In this document: positions 1-6,378 of the stretch, in pieces
How positions within the stretch are numbered: position 1 is the first letter of the stretch
Layout: every line of letters begins with the position of its first letter
Assembly: GCA_050125095.1 (NCBI GenBank)
Contig: JASFEA010000075.1
Coordinates: forward strand, 1 to 15,172
DNA: 15,172 bases
Direction: 5' to 3'
Origin: a bacterium
GTDB lineage: Bacteria; Arandabacterota; Arandabacteria; Arandabacterales; JALGWA01
Notes under the pieces: model-generated
What the model was told of the DNA's origin: nothing
Databases searched by the model: none
Seen by the model: the letters and a program-made list of their open reading frames with translations, nothing else
Program-made: the position numbers and the translations under genes

Positions 1-2385
1 CTCATGGCCCTTATCGCCCCCCCGATCATCGTCAGCCTGGGGCTTGACTTCGGACAGATCGCCGGCAGCTGGGCCATGTTCGGTAAGTTCATACTGACGC
101 TGCTGCTCTTAGGTTCCAGCTTCTTCTTCGGAGGCATAGCCGTCGCGATGCTCTTCAAGCGCCACTACGGCAATATACCAAGGCTCTACATGGCCGATCT
201 CCTGGGAGCGGCGGCGGGCGTCCTGCTCGCCATACTTCTAATGAATGGAGTGGGAACGCCCGGCGCGGCGACGCTCTCGGCGCTCCCGGTACTCCTGGCG
301 GCCGCATTCCTCGAGTGCCGTACCTGGCGCAAGGTCTTCCCGGCCGCGGTCATCATTCTGGTATTTGCTCTGCTGCCCCGCGCCGAGACCATGCTCGAGC
401 CCGAGCGCCAGGAACGCGCCCCCGTCATATACAAACACTGGGACGCCATGGCAAAGATCAAGATGTACGACTTCGCCGGGTACTACCGGGGAATCAATGT
501 GGACAATGTGTCCAACTCGCCGGTGATTCCCTTCGACGGAACCTGGGACGATGAGGACTCGGTGGGCGCGGACTGGGACATCAATGTCAAATACCTGGTG
601 CAGCAGTTCGACTCATGCACCTTCCTGTCGCTCGGCGCGGGCGGTGGAGGCGACGTGCTGCAGGCGCTGGACCACAGATGCACCGAGATCCACGCCGTGG
701 AGGTAAACGGCCATGTCAACCACATGATGGTCTACGGCGACACCAGCGGCTACATAGACTACGTGCCGCCCGAGCCGGAGGGAACAGAGGAGCCAGAGAG
801 GCAGGAGAATACAGAGAAACAGGCGGCGGTGACCGCGTCTGAGAGCGCGGACGCCGGGGATGCCGGCGGCGACCAAGCCGACGGAGCCGCCGATGAAGCA
901 GGGGAAGCCGGTGGTCAAGCTGGCGAGAATGGCGACGACGGTGGTGAGGTCGGGGAGCCCGGCAGTGAGGCCGAAGAGAATGAGACGGAAGTGGCGCAGG
1001 CTGATACCACAGGTGGGAGTGAAGCTGAAGAAGAGCCCCCACCGCCACCCCAGCCCCCTCCCATGCCGCCCCCGGTGATCCGCGATTCGACGGGCAAGAT
1101 TATCACGCTGCCCGAGTACTCCGGATACATTTATCATGACCCGCGGGTCAGAGTGGTCACGGAGGACGCGCGCACTTATGTCAAGCGGCACAAGGGCAAG
1201 TTCGATGTAATATTCTCCTTAAGCTCCAACACATGGGCGGCACTGGGCTCGGGCTCCTTCGCACTTGCCGAGAACTACCTCTTCACGACAGAGGCCTTCG
1301 CCGACTACTGGGCGGCGCTCTCCGACAGCGGCTTCCTCTCCATGGAGCACCAGGCCTACATGGCGCGCATCGTCTCCATGGTCAAGGACGGCCTCAGAAG
1401 CCAGGGCGTAGAGAACCCGACCCAGCATTTCGCCATATACGACCTCCCACAGATGCGCCGGAAGCTGCTTCTGCTTTCCAAGCGGCCCCTCACGGATGAG
1501 ATCAGGTATAACGCCTACGGGCCGCTCACCAAAGAGCGTGAGAGCTTTATCTACCTTCTCTATCCGGCCCCTGACTCGCTGGCGGATAATACCATCAACC
1601 TAATCGTCAATGAAGGTTGGGAGGCGGCACAGGACTCGGCGCGCACCAACATAAGGCCTTGTACGGACGACAGACCCTTCGCCGCGCAGATGGGGCACTG
1701 GAAGAACTTCTCGTGGGAGAGCCTCCGCAAGATGAACATGTACGCCGAGTTCATGGGCTTCCCGCTTGCAGGCACGCTCATACTCGTTATCCTGGCGGTG
1801 GTGCTTGTGTTCTTCATCCCCTTGAGCCTCATTCCATATCTTAAGGAGGGCCCCAAGCTGGGACTGGTGCCATGGCTCTACTTCTTCGCCATCGGCATGG
1901 GATTCATGATGATCGAGGTCGTGCTGATCCAGAAGTACACCCTCTTTATTGGGGCATCGGTGTACAGCATAGCGGCCGTTCTTCTCACGCTGCTCGTTGC
2001 CTCAGGGATCGGAAGCCGCTACTCCAGGGCGGTCACCGCCACGGTTGCGTTCCTCGGCATACTGGCATGGATCGCGCTGGATATACTGGTGCTGGGCCAT
2101 GTGACGCGTGCGCTCGCGGGCCTTAATATGCTGCCGCGGGTGCTGGTGACCGCCGGGCTCATCTTCCCGCTCGGCGTTTTCATGGGCATGCCGTTCCCGA
2201 AGGGGACGCTGAGAGTCGGCGAGCTGGTGGACTGGGGATTCGCAGTGAACGGCGCCGCCTCGGTGCTCGGGGCAACCCTGGTCTTATTCGTGGCGTTCAG
2301 CTACGGCTTTGCGGCTTCCCTCGCGGTGGGCGGGCTCGCGTACCTGTGCGCTTACATACTGATGTCGATAAGGACGGCATGGTAG
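1..2385 (+). CDS. Membrane-bound spermidine-synthase-like class I SAM-dependent transferase (N- and C-terminal TM bundles around a soluble Rossmann domain); 5'-truncated
   Basis: The frame is open from base 1 and begins mid-TM region, so the true start is probably upstream of the window. It has the motif LYMADLLGAAAG, SAM-binding motif I FLSLGAGGGGDV, IHAVEVN, DPRVRVVTEDARTYV..KGKFDVI, ENYLFTTEAF, and TDDRPF. The C-terminal TM block runs from YFFAIGMGFMMIEV through GMPFPKG to WGFAVNGAASVLG. Stop is TAG at 2383-2385. Confidence 0.85.
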   Translation, partial: LMALIAPPIIVSLGLDFGQIAGSWAMFGKFILTLLLLGSSFFFGGIAVAMLFKRHYGNIPRLYMADLLGAAAGVLLAILLMNGVGTPGAATLSALPVLLAAAFLECRTWRKVFPAAVIILVFALLPRAETMLEPERQERAPVIYKHWDAMAKIKMYDFAGYYRGINVDNVSNSPVIPFDGTWDDEDSVGADWDINVKYLVQQFDSCTFLSLGAGGGGDVLQALDHRCTEIHAVEVNGHVNHMMVYGDTSGYIDYVPPEPEGTEEPERQENTEKQAAVTASESADAGDAGGDQADGAADEAGEAGGQAGENGDDGGEVGEPGSEAEENETEVAQADTTGGSEAEEEPPPPPQPPPMPPPVIRDSTGKIITLPEYSGYIYHDPRVRVVTEDARTYVKRHKGKFDVIFSLSSNTWAALGSGSFALAENYLFTTEAFADYWAALSDSGFLSMEHQAYMARIVSMVKDGLRSQGVENPTQHFAIYDLPQMRRKLLLLSKRPLTDEIRYNAYGPLTKERESFIYLLYPAPDSLADNTINLIVNEGWEAAQDSARTNIRPCTDDRPFAAQMGHWKNFSWESLRKMNMYAEFMGFPLAGTLILVILAVVLVFFIPLSLIPYLKEGPKLGLVPWLYFFAIGMGFMMIEVVLIQKYTLFIGASVYSIAAVLLTLLVASGIGSRYSRAVTATVAFLGILAWIALDILVLGHVTRALAGLNMLPRVLVTAGLIFPLGVFMGMPFPKGTLRVGELVDWGFAVNGAASVLGATLVLFVAFSYGFAASLAVGGLAYLCAYILMSIRTAW

Positions 2386-2394
2386 AAGATACGA

Positions 2395-2429
2395 GACTGG
2401 CCCTGATTACATGACTATCAGGGCCAGTC
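2395..2429. terminator. Perfect 13-bp stem hairpin between convergent genes, probably a bidirectional terminator or 3'-end stabiliser
   Basis: GACTGGCCCTGAT (2395-2407), a 9-nt loop, then ATCAGGGCCAGTC (2417-2429). It sits in the 62-bp gap between the stop codons at 2385 and 2448. U-tracts are weak on both strands. Confidence 0.7.
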
Positions 2430-2447
2430 AATCTACAAAAAGTTCTC

Positions 2448-4241
2448 CTATCGATCCAGGTAAAGAATAGTCAGACTGTAGCCCGCGGCAAAAAGATCGC
2501 CGCCCGCGCTGGCCCTGATATCGTACAAGGAGTTGTAAGTGGCATTCTGCGGCAGCTGCATCCACCTTGTACCATCGAAGAAGAACACGTCATCATAGGC
2601 GCAGGCATATATCTCATTCTCCGACACACCGGTAATCCCCCAGAACTGGGAGGTGGTATACGATTCCATGTATTCCCAGTCCGTGCCGTCATAGTGGAGT
2701 ATTATCCCGCCCTCTCCACAGGCATACACGTTATTACCGGCCGTTCCCCAGACGTCCCTTATCTCCGTGCCCTCGGGCATACCTGAATCCATGACGTCCC
2801 AGGTGTTGCCGGTCCCGTCATAATGCAGTATGACGCCGTCATTGCCGACTGCGAACAGATCTGAAGGTGAAGTTCCCCATATACCATAAAGCCATTCGCC
2901 CGTGTTGCTGGTCATGCGTTCATATGACGTAGGCGTATAATGCACGATCTCGCCGTCGCCGCCCACGGCAAAGGCCTCGGTCCCGTCAGACCATACATCC
3001 CTCAAATCCTCATCCGTCACCGCCACGTTGCCGACTTCTTCCCAGTCCGCTCCATCATAGAAAAGAAGCAGCCCGTCCTCGCCTACGACAAAAAGCTCAT
3101 TCGCGGTTCCGTGTGTTCCATATAGATCATAGCGGGCGAATGACGGGTCTGTTTCGTCTACCCATTGCGTCCCGTTGTACCTGAATATCCTGCCGTCGTT
3201 CCCGACTGCCACCGCGTGGTCCTCATCCTCGACCCAGATTGACCAGAATGATTCGCCATTCGTTCCGTCGACCTTCGTTAAGTTAGCACCGTCGTATTTG
3301 GATATGCCGTTGTACTCGCCGCACGCATATACGTTGCTCGGTCCGGACCATATGCCGTATTGATACCACCACACTTCATCGCCGTCGTAGATCTCCGTCC
3401 ACGACGAGCCGTTGTAGTTGTACATGCGGCCATTCGCCCCGCAAACATAGATGTCGTTGGCATTCCTTCCGGAAATGCCATAAAGGTAGCGGTTCGAGAA
3501 TATCGGGTCTTCAGCATCCGTCCAGCTGGTCCCGTTGTAATGCATCACGGCTCCGCCCTGGCCAACAGCATAGATATTGTTGCTGGCACTTCCCCACATG
3601 GCGTAGAAGTCATCTGAAGACGGGACTGGATCAACCTTTGTGAACTCGCTGCCATCGTAATTGACGAACAGCCCATCATAACCGGCGAACCACATGTTGG
3701 TGGAAGATGTTCCCCAGGCGGCCCTGAAGTTGTAGTAGACGTCCAGGTACAAACCCGTCCATGAACTTCCATCGTAATGGTAGACGTAATAGCCGTTACC
3801 TGCGATGTAGACATCGTCAGAGGCGAGCATAAACACGGCGTAGAAGTCATAAGTGGTTCCGAGAAAAACTCGCTCCCAGCTCGACCCGTCGTAATGCATA
3901 ACCAGGCCGTCCTGGCCAACGGCCCACACGTCATTTGCCGATATGCCATGGACAGCCTCGAAGTCTGTGGCGGTTCCTGTCGCCATGCGCTGCCAGGTTG
4001 TACCGTTGAATCGCCCAATGTACCCTCGGTCACCCACAACGAAAACGTTGTTCTCGGAGCTTCCCCACATCGACTGCCAGTAGACGCCACCGAACTGTGG
4101 GTACTGAAGTACCCAGTGGCCCCAGGTGCAGTCGCAGGGATCGCATACACATGGGTCACACGTGGTGTCGTCGCCGCATCCGGCGAAGAGGCCCGCAACT
4201 ACCAGTAGCACCGGTAACCATAACAACCGACGCTGTAGCAT
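2448..4241 (-). CDS. Predicted lipoprotein (597 aa) with 14 tandem ~40-aa beta-propeller-like repeats and a Cys-rich N-terminal linker
   Basis: The ATG at 4241 is preceded by the SD AAAGGAGG, a better start than the TTG at 4259. Signal peptide MLQRRLLWLPVLLVVAGLFAG-C contains a lipobox. Repeat consensus is approximately (F/L)xx(V/I)WGxxxNx(V/I)(Y/F)AVGxxGx(I/V)xHYDGxxW. Confidence 0.85.
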   Translation of the reverse strand: MLQRRLLWLPVLLVVAGLFAGCGDDTTCDPCVCDPCDCTWGHWVLQYPQFGGVYWQSMWGSSENNVFVVGDRGYIGRFNGTTWQRMATGTATDFEAVHGISANDVWAVGQDGLVMHYDGSSWERVFLGTTYDFYAVFMLASDDVYIAGNGYYVYHYDGSSWTGLYLDVYYNFRAAWGTSSTNMWFAGYDGLFVNYDGSEFTKVDPVPSSDDFYAMWGSASNNIYAVGQGGAVMHYNGTSWTDAEDPIFSNRYLYGISGRNANDIYVCGANGRMYNYNGSSWTEIYDGDEVWWYQYGIWSGPSNVYACGEYNGISKYDGANLTKVDGTNGESFWSIWVEDEDHAVAVGNDGRIFRYNGTQWVDETDPSFARYDLYGTHGTANELFVVGEDGLLLFYDGADWEEVGNVAVTDEDLRDVWSDGTEAFAVGGDGEIVHYTPTSYERMTSNTGEWLYGIWGTSPSDLFAVGNDGVILHYDGTGNTWDVMDSGMPEGTEIRDVWGTAGNNVYACGEGGIILHYDGTDWEYMESYTTSQFWGITGVSENEIYACAYDDVFFFDGTRWMQLPQNATYNSLYDIRASAGGDLFAAGYSLTILYLDR

Positions 4242-4356
4242 AACGCTCCCTCCTTTCAAGAGACCGTAACCTCAGTCAACTGCAGCGAAGACAATGGAAC
4301 ATGGGCCCGGATATGGTCCATGCTCGCATCTCTGCAGTTCTTGATGCCCCAACTCG

Positions 4357-4385
4357 CTTCTATCGTAAATCGGGCTCGCTGTCAA
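4357..4385 (-). promoter_or_regulatory. Putative sigma-70 promoter for the repeat lipoprotein gene
   Basis: The minus strand reads TTGACA (4385-4380)-N17-TAGAAG (4362-4357). The -35 and spacing are perfect; the -10 matches 4/6. Confidence 0.45.
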
Positions 4386-4434
4386 ACCTAAAATCACAGC
4401 ACCCGCACGCTAATGTGGAGCGGGCCAGGATTTC

Positions 4435-4443
4435 TGTTATAGT
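4435..4443 (+). promoter_or_regulatory. Putative extended -10 promoter for the asparaginase-family gene
   Basis: TG-T-TATAGT lies about 40 bp upstream of the ATG at 4485. There is no good -35. Confidence 0.35.
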
Positions 4444-4484
4444 CCTGAGTCGGATTCTGAGTAAGATTCTGAAAGGGGGCATGT

Positions 4485-5414
4485 ATGGCATCGATCATTC
4501 TCGCCAACTGTGAGGGCGGCGTCGGATTTGATGCAGCGATTAAGGCACTCGGGGGCGGCGCACCTCCTATGGACGTCGTGGAGACGGCTGCACGCGTTGT
4601 TGAACGCGACCCCAGCGTGAGGACGGTGGGACTCGGCGGGGCGCCCAACATCATCGGTGAAGTCGAGTGCGACGCCTGTATCATGTGCGGAGAGACCCTG
4701 AGGAGCGGTGCGGTATGCTCGCTCAGATACTACTATCACGCCATAAGCGTGGCTCGTGAGATTATGGAGAGGACCCCGCATGTCATGCTGGCCGGAGAGG
4801 GAGCCGAGAGATTCGCGGCCGAGATCGGCGCCGAGAAGGGTGAAATGCTGACCGAAGCGGCCGGGGAGAAATACGAGAGATGGGTCAGGAAACATGTGCC
4901 GGCGGAAGCGTTGGTCAACTGGCCGGAAGTCCCCCTGGCTTCCTATATCACTCATCCCAGCGGCTCGCCCGTCTCTCACGGCACGGTCACGTTCCTCGTC
5001 CGGGACGGCGAGGGTCACATGGCGGGAGGGGTGAGCTCATCGGGATGGGCCTACAAATACCCTGGGCGCGTGGGTGATTCTCCCATAATAGGGGCTAGCC
5101 TCTACGTGGATGATAGATGCGGCGCCGCCGCGTGCACCCACACGGGTGAGATGATAATAAGGGCGGGACTTGCCCGCGCCGTTGTAGCGTACATGAAGAA
5201 GGGAGCTTCGGTCGAGGACGCCTGCCGGGAGGGCTTTGAGGACCTCCGTCGTCTTGAGGGGGGCTATCTGGGGCCGGTCATCATCCACGCACTCGACCGC
5301 GAGGGTCAGCCGTTCGTCCTGAGCACCGGCGGTGACGGCGGCGTCAACTACTGGCTTTGGACAGAGGGCATGGCGGAGACTGAATCGCGCATGCCGGAGA
5401 TCGAGGCCTTATAG
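4485..5414 (+). CDS. Isoaspartyl peptidase/L-asparaginase/glycosylasparaginase family Ntn-hydrolase (Asparaginase_2)
   Basis: Motifs VERDP..VGLGGAPNIIGEVECDACIM, TPHVMLAGEGAERFA, the autoprocessing site HG|TV (Thr167), and SSSGWAYKYPGRVGDSPIIGA. A purine-rich SD (GAAAGGGGG) lies upstream. Confidence 0.9.
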   Translation: MASIILANCEGGVGFDAAIKALGGGAPPMDVVETAARVVERDPSVRTVGLGGAPNIIGEVECDACIMCGETLRSGAVCSLRYYYHAISVAREIMERTPHVMLAGEGAERFAAEIGAEKGEMLTEAAGEKYERWVRKHVPAEALVNWPEVPLASYITHPSGSPVSHGTVTFLVRDGEGHMAGGVSSSGWAYKYPGRVGDSPIIGASLYVDDRCGAAACTHTGEMIIRAGLARAVVAYMKKGASVEDACREGFEDLRRLEGGYLGPVIIHALDREGQPFVLSTGGDGGVNYWLWTEGMAETESRMPEIEAL

Positions 5415-5450
5415 AGTAGTTGAGGTAAGGTAATTGAGGAGGAACTGCAC

Positions 5451-5669
5451 ATGTCCTGCTACTTCCGTCACATGAAGGACGTCTTCGCCGAGGCCGGAGT
5501 CGAGATCACCAAGGAAAACAAGAAGGACATCGACCGGGCAATCCATAGGATAGCGGGAATCGAATACAAGGATTGCTCTACGACGTGGAGGACGCTTAAA
5601 GACAAGTTCCTTGGCGATGACAAAAAGCGCGCCGTTTTTGTGAAGAAGCTCAAGAAGGCGGTGGGCTAG
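5451..5669 (+). CDS. Small basic hypothetical protein (72 aa)
   Basis: Strong SD (GAGGAGG) before the ATG, gene-like codon usage and a helical Lys-rich sequence. It lies 36 bp after the asparaginase stop, so it is probably co-transcribed. Confidence 0.8.
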   Translation: MSCYFRHMKDVFAEAGVEITKENKKDIDRAIHRIAGIEYKDCSTTWRTLKDKFLGDDKKRAVFVKKLKKAVG

Positions 5670-5725
5670 AGGACTCCGGTCGGTAGCATGGCCACTATGC
5701 GCCCCGAGACCCTACTCCGGCATTC

Positions 5726-5844
5726 TGTGCATTTTGAGACCTGACCCAACTATGAGATTTGATCCCAGGCTCTTGCTGGCCCCGGCTTTCTGCTGACTCC
5801 TGCTTCTTAATAGTCTGAGCAGTGTGCATATTCAGACCTGACCC
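5726..5844. repeat. Two 22-bp direct repeats (REP-like AGACCTGACCC core) in a convergent intergenic gap
   Basis: TGTGCATTTTGAGACCTGACCC (5726-5747) and TGTGCATATTCAGACCTGACCC (5823-5844) are 20/22 identical with starts 97 bp apart. A degenerate third copy TGAGATTTGATCCC lies at 5753-5766. Confidence 0.7.
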
Positions 5845-5851
5845 CGGGTTT

Positions 5852-6367
5852 CTACCAGGGGAAGCCGCAGAGGTCGATGGGGCCCTCGGGCCATTTGGAC
5901 TTGCCGAGCTCGATCACCATGGTGAGGCCCTTGGCTGCCATGCTGCCGCCCGGCTGGGCATATCCGGTGGGGCCGGGCACCACCCTCCAGCCGAGATGCC
6001 TATAGAAGGGCTCGAGCTCCTCCCGGCAGAGGAGCATCCCGAAATCAGCGGGAAGCTCATCCCGCATGAACCTCCGGGCGCATCTCATGAGTTTGGACGC
6101 GTAGCCGTGCTTCCTGTAATCGGGCCGGGTCACGACGCCGCCGACGCCGCCGACCACGACAATCTCATCGGCCACGGAGACAACGCGTTTCACAATGCCC
6201 ACGCGGCAGACGAGGAGGTCGCCCGCAAAACCCATGATGAACCAGTCGGAGTCGGAGAACACCACCGGCAAGCTGCCGAACTCGCTGTCGAAGAGGTCGT
6301 CAAGCTGCGACAGCACGGCCGATGGAACGCCCTTGAGGGAAGAAATGCGGATATCGATGTCTGTCAT
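5852..6367 (-). CDS. GNAT family N-acetyltransferase (171 aa)
   Basis: Acetyl-CoA binding motif A VGGVVTRPDYRKHGYASKLM and motif B PFYRHLGW; C-terminus WPEGPIDLCGFPW. The ATG at 6367 is 11 bp after the RND stop and avoids the overlap implied by the 6418 start. Confidence 0.85.
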   Translation of the reverse strand: MTDIDIRISSLKGVPSAVLSQLDDLFDSEFGSLPVVFSDSDWFIMGFAGDLLVCRVGIVKRVVSVADEIVVVGGVGGVVTRPDYRKHGYASKLMRCARRFMRDELPADFGMLLCREELEPFYRHLGWRVVPGPTGYAQPGGSMAAKGLTMVIELGKSKWPEGPIDLCGFPW

Positions 6368-6378
6368 TGTCTCTTTTG

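Noticed and set aside
766-1074. Intein or mobile insertion in the transferase
   Set aside because: There is no N-terminal Cys/Ser splice motif, no terminal His-Asn, no endonuclease motif and no terminal repeats. It is low-complexity sequence.
5852-6367. Calling the GNAT an aminoglycoside resistance gene (aac(2')/eis-like) or naming the RND genes acrB/mdtBC
   Set aside because: Only family-level motifs are visible. Substrate and orthology cannot be assigned without searches.
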